Assembly (NCBI GenBank): GCA_044507735.1
Contig: JBIQJB010000020.1
Span: forward strand, 1-40,490
Direction of reading: 5' to 3'
Source of the DNA: Nitrosopumilales archaeon
GTDB lineage: Archaea; Thermoproteota; Nitrososphaeria; Nitrososphaerales; Nitrososphaeraceae
DNA: 40,490 bases
Part shown: positions 1 through 9,178 of the stretch, in pieces
How positions within the stretch are numbered: position 1 is the stretch's first letter
Layout: each line of letters begins with the position of its first letter
Position numbers and translations under genes: made by a program
Notes under the pieces: model-generated
Database searches by the model: none
The model's input: only the letters and a program-made list of their open reading frames with translations
Told to the model about the DNA's origin: nothing

Positions 1-1
1 T

Positions 2-54
2 GAAAAAAGCTAGGACAGTCCTAGCTTTACGCATTACCCTAAGTTAACAGAGCC
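2..54 (+). repeat. Left copy of a 53-bp terminal inverted repeat containing a 23-bp palindrome (6..28)
   Basis: gaaaaaagctaggacagtcctagctttacgcattaccctaagttaacagagcc is the exact reverse complement of 40438..40490. Its core aaagctaggac-a-gtcctagcttt is an 11-bp dyad with a 1-nt spacer. Confidence 0.97.
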
Positions 55-119
55 GAGTTTATACACAAAAAGGATAAATAGTAATGCAATTATAGCGACT
101 TAGGTGTGCATGAGGGATA

Positions 120-917
120 ATGGACTATAAAGCATATGCACTAATGGCTATATTAATGGCATCTGTTGCATCCGTTGCACTCGTTGGCGCAGCGTATGCA
201 CAGTCAGCAGCACTGACAGTACAGACAGACAAGAACAGCTACACCTCCGGCGAAGACATTACTATTACCGGTCAGGTGGAATCAGCAGCCAGCCAGATAA
301 TTCTGATCCAAGTTCTTGACCCACAAGGGAACCGCGACAGGATTGATCAGGTTCAAGTGGCCGCAGATGGATCATTCACGTATACATTCCGCGCTGGTGG
401 ACTGATGAACACTGACGGCACATACAGGGTAGTGGTAGGCTCTGGAAGTAGAACTGCAGAGACAACATTCCAGTTTACTGCGGGCGAACAATGGAGAACA
501 ATCAACGTAAACATCGGTGGAGAAAACCACCAGATTCAATACATGATAACTGGCGCAGGCAACCGCCTCGACAGGATCACAGGCGATGTCACTACAAAAT
601 CGTTCCTTGCTGAGCTTACAGCACAGTCTGCAGGAACCCTGTCACTGAGATTCAACGAAAGCATCTTTGACGCAGATTCGGAGTTCACAGCATTCGTAGA
701 CGAAGTGGCGTTTGACAAGCCTCTGCCAGCAGGCCCAGGTGCAACGAACACGCTCCGCATTGACTTTGATGCAGGCACATCACAGATCGAGATCATTGGT
801 GACCGCATCATCCCAGAGTTCGGCGCAATCGCTGCAATCGTACTGGCTGTGGCAATCGTCGGAATCATCGTGGCAACTGCAAGGTACGGCAAGTTCAACT
901 TCACTCCAAGGCTATAA
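120..917 (+). CDS. Secreted surface protein with PEFG-CTERM sorting domain and Ig-like N-terminal domain
   Basis: N-terminal signal peptide (..AAYAQ), TDKNSY..GEDITITG Ig-like start, and C-terminal IIPEFG + hydrophobic helix + basic tail (RYGK), the thaumarchaeal PEFG-CTERM pattern. Confidence 0.9.
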   Translation: MDYKAYALMAILMASVASVALVGAAYAQSAALTVQTDKNSYTSGEDITITGQVESAASQIILIQVLDPQGNRDRIDQVQVAADGSFTYTFRAGGLMNTDGTYRVVVGSGSRTAETTFQFTAGEQWRTINVNIGGENHQIQYMITGAGNRLDRITGDVTTKSFLAELTAQSAGTLSLRFNESIFDADSEFTAFVDEVAFDKPLPAGPGATNTLRIDFDAGTSQIEIIGDRIIPEFGAIAAIVLAVAIVGIIVATARYGKFNFTPRL

Positions 918-953
918 GAAAAAAGCAATAGCCTTTTTTCCTTCTTTTTATTG
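918..953 (+). terminator. Putative oligo-T terminator between the PEFG-CTERM gene and the convergent tRNA
   Basis: gaaaaaagcaatagccttttttccttcttttta immediately after the stop codon. Confidence 0.5.
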
Positions 954-987
954 ATTGATCAGAAGCTACCGAAAGGTATTGCAAAAA

Positions 988-1094
988 TGGGGCCTTCGGA
1001 GGGATTTGAACCCTCCTCAAGCGGTTTCTGCCGAAAAGTTTCTTGAGAAACCGGCCACAGCCGCCTATACTGACCAGGCTATACTACGAAGGCC
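988..1094 (-). tRNA. tRNA-His(GUG) with a 29-nt intron at 37/38 (1026..1054), encoded G-1 and CCA
   Basis: Minus strand: acceptor GCCTTCG/CGAAGGC, anticodon stem GGCGG/CCGCT with loop CT-GTG-G|A, T-arm GAGGG-TTCAAAT-CCCTC, 3' C-CCA. The exon-intron junctions form a bulge-helix-bulge (GG|C, CUGU/GCAG, AA|A). Confidence 0.95.
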
Positions 1095-1134
1095 GCCAGA
1101 AAATTTGCATTCTCTACAGTATATAATCGTTCGA

Positions 1135-1962
1135 TCATTTTCCAGGCAAGATGCCCAGTCGGATGGTTTCTACGCCCAAATCCTCCAGCCGGTCTGCCAG
1201 GCCATTCATCCCTATCGAGTCGCCTGCGAGATGCCCCATGACGATCAGATTGCGGTCACGGAGCTGGCTGTCTTCTCTAAGCTTTGTCAGCTCACCATGG
1301 TCAACGTGCAGATAGATGACCGTGGAGACGCCGTGTTGCATATAGGCCTTCGCGATGCCGTACCCGCCGTTGGTTCCTGCAGCTACCACCAACGCCCAGT
1401 GTCCGGCCTTGTTCTTTTCACTGCCCAGCTTTACTTCCACCCTTGTGGCGGCCTTCCTAAACTCAGGGATCTTCTCTATCGATTTGACAATGTCGGAAAC
1501 ATGTTCTGTCTTGCCAGACTTGATCGCCTTCAGTATTACCTGTCGCATGTACTCGTCACACGGCTGATGGACATTGACGAGCGGCATGCCAAGTACTCTT
1601 GCCGCCCCAACAATATCGCCATAAATTTCAGCGTGATTGCGAGTGGCGACCCGTTCCTTGAGCCTTGCAACTGCGTCTCTTGCAACTTTTTTGGGCACGC
1701 CATGTTCCACCATGAATTCCACGTGCCTGTCAAACACCTTGTAAAAGTTGACATGGGCAACCCCTATCGGATGGTGGGCGATCACCGCATCGCATTGAAG
1801 TTGTCTTGCGAGCATCAGCTCAGCAGTCCCCACGTCGATCGCGACGAGCACTTTGTTGATGTTCTTTCCCCTTACATGCACGGCGCTGTCCGCAGGAATT
1901 TTCTTCCAGCCCGCAAGCTCGAGCCCAATTTTCATGATCGTTTCGGTGTTAATGGCGGCCAT
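1135..1962 (-). CDS. NIF3-like dinuclear metal-centre protein
   Basis: VAIDVG, IAHHP, VHQPCD and GHLAGD metal-ligand motifs typical of the NIF3/YbgI fold. Confidence 0.75.
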   Translation of the reverse strand: MAAINTETIMKIGLELAGWKKIPADSAVHVRGKNINKVLVAIDVGTAELMLARQLQCDAVIAHHPIGVAHVNFYKVFDRHVEFMVEHGVPKKVARDAVARLKERVATRNHAEIYGDIVGAARVLGMPLVNVHQPCDEYMRQVILKAIKSGKTEHVSDIVKSIEKIPEFRKAATRVEVKLGSEKNKAGHWALVVAAGTNGGYGIAKAYMQHGVSTVIYLHVDHGELTKLREDSQLRDRNLIVMGHLAGDSIGMNGLADRLEDLGVETIRLGILPGK

Positions 1963-2025
1963 GGCTTTCAGTCTGCTCAGTGCAAAATTTAAATCTGATG
2001 TGCAAGTCCTTGCAGGTGAAAAAGC

Positions 2026-3066
2026 ATGAGCTGCTCAGACGAGCACGTGTCGCATTCAACCGATGACAACAACTTGATCCAGATCACACCCCAGCTCAAG
2101 GCAAGGCTGCAGAAAGCCAAATACGGTGTTTACAATCATTCTGCAGTCGAGCTATGCCACTGGACCAAAAAGTCGTTTGCAAACGAGGGCAGCTGCTACA
2201 AGCACAAATTCTATGGCATTTCGACCCATCAGTGCATGGAGATGACGCCGGCCGCCATGAACTGCGAGAACAGGTGCATTTACTGCTGGCGGCCAACCGA
2301 GTTTTACGACACTCTGGAGATGCCAGAGGAGCTGGTTGACGAGCCGGATGTCATTGTACAACGGCTCATGGCTGAGCGCAAGAAATTGATTAACGGCTTT
2401 TACGGTCATGCCAAGAACGACAAGAAGAAACTAGACGAGTCTCTCCTGCCAGCACACTATGCGATTTCTCTGTCCGGCGAGCCGACTATGTATCCCAAAT
2501 TGCCCCAGCTGATAAAATACTTGAAGTCGCTCAAGGCTACAAAATCGATATTCCTTGTAACAAACGGACAGGAGCCGGAGATGCTAAAGAGGCTGGAAGC
2601 AGAGGATGCTCTGCCCACTCAGATCTACCTCTCTACCAACGCCTCAAACAAGAAGATGTTCCACCAGATCAACAGGCCTATGCACAAGGATGCATGGGAG
2701 AGGTGGTGGGAGAGTCTTCGTTTCCTTGCAACTGTCAATACAAGGACTGTGCTTAGGATGACGCTGATTAGAGGCTACAACGACAGCGCAGATTTTGTTG
2801 GCGAATTCGCTGAAATGATGGCACAGGGAAATCCTCACTTCATCGAGCTAAAGTCATACATGCATATAGGGATGTCAAACCGCCGGCTGGAACAAGACCA
2901 AATGCTAGAGATGTACGAGGTAAGGGATTTTGCAGCAAAGCTGTGCAAGAAAATGCCATCATTTAGCGTCATGGACGAGAGCGAGATTTCAAGGATAGTG
3001 GTTCTGCAGAATCAAGCGCGATATGTTGACAGGTGGATTAAGGAATATATCGCGCAAACCCACTAA
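2026..3066 (+). CDS. taw1: 4-demethylwyosine synthase (radical SAM, TYW1/Taw1)
   Basis: HSAVELCHWTKK, CYKHKFYGI, CENRCIYCWRP (CxxxCxxC), ISLSGEPT, FLVTNG. Confidence 0.93.
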   Translation: MSCSDEHVSHSTDDNNLIQITPQLKARLQKAKYGVYNHSAVELCHWTKKSFANEGSCYKHKFYGISTHQCMEMTPAAMNCENRCIYCWRPTEFYDTLEMPEELVDEPDVIVQRLMAERKKLINGFYGHAKNDKKKLDESLLPAHYAISLSGEPTMYPKLPQLIKYLKSLKATKSIFLVTNGQEPEMLKRLEAEDALPTQIYLSTNASNKKMFHQINRPMHKDAWERWWESLRFLATVNTRTVLRMTLIRGYNDSADFVGEFAEMMAQGNPHFIELKSYMHIGMSNRRLEQDQMLEMYEVRDFAAKLCKKMPSFSVMDESEISRIVVLQNQARYVDRWIKEYIAQTH

Positions 3067-3101
3067 CTCGCTTCGCGCCAGGGCCGGTTGAGCTGATGGT
3101 T

Positions 3102-3659
3102 CTACAGCGCAGAGCCGCGGGTTGATTGATACCACAATGCGAACTTGTCAAGGGCAGCCCTTCTGTGAGAGTAATCGTTCTTCTTGTCTCCTAGCTCCGC
3201 AAACGTCAGTTCAACGCCAGCAGGAATAAAGATTGGGTCATATCCCCAGCCGCCTTCTGCTATTTTCTCAGCTATCCTGCCATCGACGCGGCCTTCTGAA
3301 ATAGACAGGCGGGTGCCATCATAGAACGCAATGAGGGAGCGGAATGACGCGCTTCTGTCGGGCGAACCATCCAACAGCTTCATGATACCCCTGTTCCCAA
3401 GAGTCTTGAAAGCATGAGATGAATATTGGCCGGGAAAGCCCTTCAGTGCATCAATAAATAGGCCATCATCTTCCACTATGACAGGCCGGCCAACCTGCGA
3501 GAAGGCGCTCTTGGCTTTTTCTCTTGCAATCTCTTCAAGCGAGTCTGACTGTATCTCGACGAGGTTCACTTGAGCAAAGTCGACAGGTATGTTGTGCATT
3601 GCTAGTACTGACTGAACTTCAAAGAACTTGTTCTGGTTAGTGCTTGCAAAGGTCACCAA
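3102..3659 (-). CDS. rdgB: Non-canonical purine NTP pyrophosphatase (RdgB/HAM1)
   Basis: STNQNK, EIQ, EDDGLFIDALKGFPG, GWGYDPIF, SHRRAA motifs. Confidence 0.95.
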   Translation of the reverse strand: MVTFASTNQNKFFEVQSVLAMHNIPVDFAQVNLVEIQSDSLEEIAREKAKSAFSQVGRPVIVEDDGLFIDALKGFPGQYSSHAFKTLGNRGIMKLLDGSPDRSASFRSLIAFYDGTRLSISEGRVDGRIAEKIAEGGWGYDPIFIPAGVELTFAELGDKKNDYSHRRAALDKFALWYQSTRGSAL

Positions 3660-3692
3660 GCATTACTGGAAAAGGTGACTGGCTTTTTTATA

Positions 3693-4646
3693 CTATGGTT
3701 TATGGCTCTTGTAGATCACAAACCCAAGTCCGGCCGCGATCACAGAAGATGCAATGATTGCACTCTGTATCTGCAGCATCTGCGCAGACGAGAATGCTTC
3801 ATCGTATGGCTGCATGGAAAGCATAACCCAAGTGGCACCAGGCATCTGGACAGGGCTGTATGCGATGTACATTTGAACTCCATCATGCATTTCGATTCTT
3901 GATCCGCTGTTGCCCGCAAGCGCGTCTGCATAGCTCTGCAGGTCAGAGAGGTTTTCATCCGCAGATACCAGTGCACTGGAGGGTACAACCTCGTGCTCGT
4001 TCTGGTCGATGTAGATCACCCTCCCGCTGTATTCTGGTCCAAGCAATTCGTCCGCTCGGCTATTAAGCGCCTTAAGGTTCATGATTGCTATCGAGACGCC
4101 GGCCAGCGTTTTGTCATCGTGATAAACCGGCACGGCCAAAGCTGCCGCACTTGCTCCTGTTGCCGCCGAAATGTATACTTCGCCGAGGTATGGCTTGCCG
4201 CGGGCCACTGCGCCCTGAAAATAGTCGCGTGAGATAAAGTTCGTGCTGGTGAGGTTGAGCTGCCTCGAATATGGCTCCTCAAGGTACATGTCGCCGTTTG
4301 GTAGTATAAACCCGATACCGTCAATATCAGGATTGGAGGCAAGAATGTCTTTTGCTACCTGTCTTATTCCAATTGCCGCGTTTTCAGGCACACCTTTGTT
4401 TTCTGCGCTCACCAGATGCGCTTCTGACGTGTCCTTTAACTGCGGCAGCTTCGCCGTAACATCCATAATCGATGCAACGGCTGACATCCTGCTGCCAGTG
4501 TCGATTGCAACATGCCTAACATTGTCTTCGATATTCCTTGCTGTCTTATCCAAAGTCTGAATTTGGGCCATGCCGGCATACGACAAGGTCCCGATCGCAA
4601 TCACTACAGCAACAGCATAACACGCCAGTGTCGTCGCCTTTCCCAT
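3693..4646 (-). CDS. Membrane protein with an extracytoplasmic dCache-type domain and no cytoplasmic output domain
   Basis: N- and C-terminal hydrophobic helices flank RDYFQGA..YLGEVYISAATG..AVPV and YIAYSPV..TWVML Cache-like motifs. The protein ends 5 aa after TM2. Confidence 0.75.
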   Translation of the reverse strand: MGKATTLACYAVAVVIAIGTLSYAGMAQIQTLDKTARNIEDNVRHVAIDTGSRMSAVASIMDVTAKLPQLKDTSEAHLVSAENKGVPENAAIGIRQVAKDILASNPDIDGIGFILPNGDMYLEEPYSRQLNLTSTNFISRDYFQGAVARGKPYLGEVYISAATGASAAALAVPVYHDDKTLAGVSIAIMNLKALNSRADELLGPEYSGRVIYIDQNEHEVVPSSALVSADENLSDLQSYADALAGNSGSRIEMHDGVQMYIAYSPVQMPGATWVMLSMQPYDEAFSSAQMLQIQSAIIASSVIAAGLGFVIYKSHKP

Positions 4647-4682
4647 GATAAGGTTGTCAGAACTGTCTTCTATAATAGTGTG

Positions 4683-5294
4683 TCACATTACGCGGGCGTA
4701 CCTGCCGCGCTGCTCTATCTCTCTTACGTTTTCCAGTATCTGATCTGTCCTTCTTTTGCCTACCACACTGACGTAGCCCTCCACAAACCGCGGAAAAGCC
4801 TTTTTGACTGAAATGTGTGCGCTGGCTAAAACCTCCTTTATCAGCCGGATATCTGTCGCCATGTCTTCCGTGCGCTCTGAATAGTAAGAGAGACCAAAGT
4901 CAAGCAGTACAAGTTTATTGTTTGCAATAAAATTCGACGTGGTCAGGTCACCGTGGATGATGTTGTTTGCATGAAGCATTGCCGCATAGCGACCCATTTC
5001 ATAACAGAGGTCAGGAGTTAGAACGTCCCGGGCGTTGTCACCCTGCACAAATTCCATTATTATTTCTGCGTTCACGGGGTCGACGAAATATACAAACGGA
5101 GACGTGACGCCGGCAGACTTGGCGGCTGACATAAAGCTGGCTTCATGAACAGTCCGCTGCTTTCTGATTGCCTGATCAAGCTCACGGTGCCTGTAGGGCT
5201 TGGGTGTCCTCACCTTGGAGACTGCAGGCCGGCAGCCCCATTCCACCAGGTAGATGTCTGCCTCCGCCCCCCTTTTCACCAGCCTTGGCTGCAA
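4683..5294 (-). CDS. bud32: KEOPS complex kinase/ATPase Bud32
   Basis: RGAEA, KVRTPKPYRH, HGDLTTSN, LDFGL, R.RYA C-terminus. TTG start. Confidence 0.93.
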   Translation of the reverse strand: MQPRLVKRGAEADIYLVEWGCRPAVSKVRTPKPYRHRELDQAIRKQRTVHEASFMSAAKSAGVTSPFVYFVDPVNAEIIMEFVQGDNARDVLTPDLCYEMGRYAAMLHANNIIHGDLTTSNFIANNKLVLLDFGLSYYSERTEDMATDIRLIKEVLASAHISVKKAFPRFVEGYVSVVGKRRTDQILENVREIEQRGRYARVM

Positions 5295-5327
5295 TAGTAA
5301 TATACCCTCTGGAATGGAGATAAAAAC

Positions 5328-5648
5328 GTGGTGAGTTTCGAGCCGGCGGCAGATGAAAAAGTAATCCTTGACGAGGATTGCGCAGAGGACAAGCTCAGAA
5401 GTGGCATACTCGTGCTAACAGACAAGAGGCTTGTCTTCCAAAAGACTCAAGGAAGGATGGCCACCCTCTCAAAGAAAGAGGGAGAAGTCGTGCTCGACAT
5501 CCCGCTTTCAAAGATATCGTCGGTCAGAGCAGAGGGCTTTTTGGTGAAAAAATTGGTCATCGTTTCTGACGGGCAGACCTACAAGTTTGGTGTGTTTAGC
5601 AATAGCAAGTGGGAGCGCCAGATAAAGCAGCTTACTGGCGCCAGCTGA
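5328..5648 (+). CDS. Small PH-like/GRAM-like domain protein
   Basis: G.LVLTDKRLVF...IPLSKISSV...L.I...YKF...W pattern of PH-fold domains. Confidence 0.6.
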   Translation: MVSFEPAADEKVILDEDCAEDKLRSGILVLTDKRLVFQKTQGRMATLSKKEGEVVLDIPLSKISSVRAEGFLVKKLVIVSDGQTYKFGVFSNSKWERQIKQLTGAS

Positions 5649-6639
5649 CATCGACTGTATCAAGACGCCAAGACTGGCGAACGGTGGAGTCCCTTATTTT
5701 GACTTGCTTTTTTGTGGCCTGGTAGTCCTGCAGGGCTGTCCATGCGATCTGCGCGCCGTTGTCCCCGGCAAATTTCAATGGGCATGTGAAGAGCTTGGCG
5801 CCGTGCCGGCTGCATGCAGATTCTAGCATTTCTGCTAGCCTCTTGTTTGCTGATACCCCTCCCACTATCATCATCTCTTTTTTGCCCGAGAATGACAGGG
5901 CACGCTCGACAACTTCCGCGAGCATCGCAAACGCCGTCTCTTGCAGAGAGTAGCACACATCAGAGGTGGCAGAAGGTGAAACTCCAGTAGCTTTTTCAAC
6001 GAGCTTTGTCGCAGCCGTCAGCAGGCCTGAAAACGACACGTCGTTGCCTTTGACGACATATGGAAGCTGCATGTACTGTCGCGTGGATTGCGTTGCCAGC
6101 TGCTCGATTCTACCGCCGCAGGGGGAAGCAAAGCCAAGTGCCCTTCCAAACTGGTCAAGCAGTTGCCCTACGGTGATGTCCAGTGTCTCCCCAAAGACGC
6201 GCCACCTGCCGTGAGAGAAGGCGAGTATCATGGTGTGGCCTCCAGAAACCAGCAAGACAAGAGGATCGGAAGCACCTGTAAGCATTGATCCAAGTTCTAG
6301 GTGCCCGAGTGCGTGGTTGACAGGCACCAACGGCTTCTTGTAAAAGCCGGCTACCGTCCTAGCCACCACCGCTCCAACCCTCAGGCATGGTCCTAGTCCC
6401 GGTCCTGCAGAATAGCCCACGATGTCCACGTCCTTCATGGTGATGCCAGCAGACTGCAAAGATTTGTGAAAAATGTCAGAGCTGACCTCTGCATGATGGC
6501 GCGATGCTTCTCGAGGGTGTATGCCGCTTCCCTCTGGCGCCCTGTAGACGTCGCGCTCGTCAGAGAGGATCTTGCCCGCAGAATCCACTATAGAGCAACC
6601 AAAAGTATGAGCGGTGCTTTCCACCCCAAGACACAGCAT
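5632..6639 (-). CDS. kae1: tRNA t6A37 threonylcarbamoyltransferase Kae1
   Basis: LGVESTAHT, GPGLGPCL, VNHALGH, VSGGHT, GETLD, GGVSAN, DNGAQIA. Confidence 0.96.
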   Translation of the reverse strand: MLCLGVESTAHTFGCSIVDSAGKILSDERDVYRAPEGSGIHPREASRHHAEVSSDIFHKSLQSAGITMKDVDIVGYSAGPGLGPCLRVGAVVARTVAGFYKKPLVPVNHALGHLELGSMLTGASDPLVLLVSGGHTMILAFSHGRWRVFGETLDITVGQLLDQFGRALGFASPCGGRIEQLATQSTRQYMQLPYVVKGNDVSFSGLLTAATKLVEKATGVSPSATSDVCYSLQETAFAMLAEVVERALSFSGKKEMMIVGGVSANKRLAEMLESACSRHGAKLFTCPLKFAGDNGAQIAWTALQDYQATKKQVKIRDSTVRQSWRLDTVDVSWRQ

Positions 6640-6651
6640 TTTGCTACTATA

Positions 6652-7854
6652 CTATCCCCTGCTTGTCGCTGACACTATTTTAATCACGTCTCCGCTCTTT
6701 AGTTTGTGGTCGGCCCCTATCCTCTGCTTTGTCCTTGCATCAACAGCATACAAGAAGCCTTTTGCAAGATCGGCGTGAACAGTCTGTGCCAGATCCCGGG
6801 CAGTAGATCCCTCAGGAAGCAGCTTGACATCAGGCAGGACATTGCCTTTCTTGTCGGCAAGCTTGAACTCGTCCTCAACAGGGTAGACCGCGATCATGCG
6901 TAACAGCTTGAAGCAGGCGATGTTTATCGCTTCCTGCACACCGGTCGATCCATATTTTTGTATCAGGGTCCTGACGATGTCTAGCGCCTTTTGCTGCTGT
7001 GCATTCAGCGTCACGTTTGGCTTGACGTCAAACGAACTATCTCCAGGCAGGTAGTGGAGAATCCCCTTTTTTGACGCCTTGCGAAGGAGCGCCTCAGCCT
7101 CGGACGCACAGGGAACCACTTCAAGGCCGGCTGCCTTTATTTTCTCAATGTTGGCTTCTGACGACGGCAGGTCTGCCTTGTTGGCAGCTATCACAAATGG
7201 CTTGGCCTTTGTCCGCAATATTTTGCAGAATGAGCGTATGTCTTCTTCAGTCCAGCTCACCGGTTTTTTCATCGCAAGTCCAGATGCGTGTATCGCGGCT
7301 GCTATCACAGGCTCACCTATCCCAAGGCCAGACAGGCGCTTGGCAAGCATCTGTTCCAGCTTTTGACCCAGCCCTTCGGCTTCCCTCGCATTCTTGCCCC
7401 AGTCCCGACTGACAAGGGCCGCAAGCCACAGGTCAAACTCTTCTTCGACGAATTCAATATCATACATCGGGTCGCCCGTGCCTGCAGGAACCGGCCTGCC
7501 TTGGCTGTCGGTAGAACCCGAAGCATCCACCACGTGTATAAGTACGTCAGCCTGCCTCGCATCGTCGAGAAACTTGTTGCCCAGCCCCTTGCCCGCATGG
7601 GCACCTGGAACCAGACCTGCCACATCAACCAGCTTGACGGGGATGAACCTGTTGCCGTCGATGCACATCGAATGCACAGGGTTATCCTGGACGCCAAATT
7701 CGCGGCAGACGCATTTTACCCTTGCAAAGGCCACTCCCACATTAGGCTCAACAGTAGTAAATGGGTAATTGGCTGCAGGAACGGCAAGCTCGGTTGCCGC
7801 ATTGAAGAATGTGGACTTGCCCACGTTGGCCTTGCCAATCAACCCGATGATCAA
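6652..7854 (-). CDS. Obg-family YchF/Ygr210-like ATPase/GTPase with C-terminal TGS domain
   Basis: GKANVGKS, NYPFTT, DVAGLV, GLGNKFL, NKAD, and a C-terminal TGS-like segment. Confidence 0.9.
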   Translation of the reverse strand: MIIGLIGKANVGKSTFFNAATELAVPAANYPFTTVEPNVGVAFARVKCVCREFGVQDNPVHSMCIDGNRFIPVKLVDVAGLVPGAHAGKGLGNKFLDDARQADVLIHVVDASGSTDSQGRPVPAGTGDPMYDIEFVEEEFDLWLAALVSRDWGKNAREAEGLGQKLEQMLAKRLSGLGIGEPVIAAAIHASGLAMKKPVSWTEEDIRSFCKILRTKAKPFVIAANKADLPSSEANIEKIKAAGLEVVPCASEAEALLRKASKKGILHYLPGDSSFDVKPNVTLNAQQQKALDIVRTLIQKYGSTGVQEAINIACFKLLRMIAVYPVEDEFKLADKKGNVLPDVKLLPEGSTARDLAQTVHADLAKGFLYAVDARTKQRIGADHKLKSGDVIKIVSATSRG

Positions 7855-7913
7855 ATACTGTTACGTTCAGATATTCTCTTGTGCCCGCATTAATGTCTTT
7901 CAAGATTTAAAAG

Positions 7914-8417
7914 TTGAAGGTACGACATACCGCCTTGTTGAACACCGCTGCCACTAGGCTTGCAAGAAGGCTCGGGCTTGAAAAGCACCCCGAGGGGGGC
8001 TACTTTAGGCAAACATACAGATCAGACACAACAATAGACATTGAAGGATATGAAGGGTCGCGCAGCATCGCTACTGCAATCTACTACATGCTTGCAGGAA
8101 ATGATTTTTCTGCGTTCCACAGGATCAAGTCCGATGAAATCTGGCACTACTACGCAGGAGGAACAGTCACACTGTACGCAATTGACAAAGACGGAAGATT
8201 GTCCAGAACGAAAATCGGCAGGAAGGGAGATTTCCAGGTGGTCATAAGAGCAGGCACATGGTTTGCCGCTTCACTTGACAGCAAACGATCGTATTGTTTG
8301 CTTGGCTGTACAGTGTCGCCGGGATTTGACTACCGCGACTGGGAGCTTGGCAAGAGAGACGACCTTGCAAAGATGTACCCTCAGCACAGAAAGGTCATTG
8401 AGAGATACACAAAATAG
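7914..8417 (+). CDS. Cupin superfamily protein (DUF985/Cupin_5)
   Basis: L.KHPEGGYF, TAIYYML, FHRIKSDEIWHYY, GTWFAA, CTVSPGFD. Start uncertain. Confidence 0.88.
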   Translation: MKVRHTALLNTAATRLARRLGLEKHPEGGYFRQTYRSDTTIDIEGYEGSRSIATAIYYMLAGNDFSAFHRIKSDEIWHYYAGGTVTLYAIDKDGRLSRTKIGRKGDFQVVIRAGTWFAASLDSKRSYCLLGCTVSPGFDYRDWELGKRDDLAKMYPQHRKVIERYTK

Positions 8418-8437
8418 TCCCCACCTTTCAGCCATCG

Positions 8438-9178
8438 TTGTCTATGCCAAGGCCGGGGGCAGTCTGCATTGTAAGTGGAGGACTTGATTCTGTCTGCTAT
8501 GCAGCAATGCTTGCCAGGGACCACGACATTTACATGATAACTTTTGCCTACGGCCAGCGTGCCAAGAGAGAGGTCGAGTGTGCCCGCCACTTTGCAAGGG
8601 TGCTCAAGGCAAAGGATCACAAGATCGTCGATATAGGGTTCATGAAGTCACTTTACGGCACAAGCAATGCGCTCACTGACAGAAGGCAGGAGCTGTTTGA
8701 GGATTTTTCGCAAAATTTGGTGGTGCCGGTGCGAAATGCTGTTTTCATTACGATAGCGACGGCATGGGCAATGAGCATCGATGCCAAGGTCGTCGCATAC
8801 GGTGCACACACGGGAGACATTCCGCACTACCCCGACTGCAGGCCCGAATTCGTAAGGGCCATAAACGAAGCGCTCAACATCGCCGAGTCCGACGGCATAG
8901 CATCCGGAGCACGGCAGGCTGTAACTGTAATGTCACCGGCAGTCTCTGGCCTTGACAAGTCAACGCTTCTAAAAATCGGATACGAATTGCTGGGCGACAA
9001 GATATTCCGGACTTGGAGCTGCTACTCTGATGGGATGAGGACCAGCAGAGGGAGCTATCTACATTGCGGGCGTTGCGAATCGTGTATAAATAGGAAAGCC
9101 GCATTCACCACCGCACGGATAGAGGACAAAACAAAGTATGCAACAAAGGACAGCAGTCACGAGGGCCAAGCTCTCTGA
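8438..9178 (+). CDS. queC: 7-cyano-7-deazaguanine (preQ0) synthase
   Basis: SGGLDS, YGQR, VPVRN, YPDCRPEF, TWSCY, CGRCESC. The start may be the ATG at 8444. Confidence 0.95.
   Translation: MSMPRPGAVCIVSGGLDSVCYAAMLARDHDIYMITFAYGQRAKREVECARHFARVLKAKDHKIVDIGFMKSLYGTSNALTDRRQELFEDFSQNLVVPVRNAVFITIATAWAMSIDAKVVAYGAHTGDIPHYPDCRPEFVRAINEALNIAESDGIASGARQAVTVMSPAVSGLDKSTLLKIGYELLGDKIFRTWSCYSDGMRTSRGSYLHCGRCESCINRKAAFTTARIEDKTKYATKDSSHEGQAL

Noticed and set aside
33-50. attaccct in the terminal repeat resembling an I-SceI site or vector end
   Set aside because: Only 8 of 18 bases match contiguously (ATTACCCT, then aagttaac instead of GTTATCCCTA), and no other vector sequence was recognised.
955-1992. 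345-aa plus-strand ORF
   Set aside because: Antisense shadow of the NIF3-like gene that also overlaps tRNA-His; no recognisable motifs.
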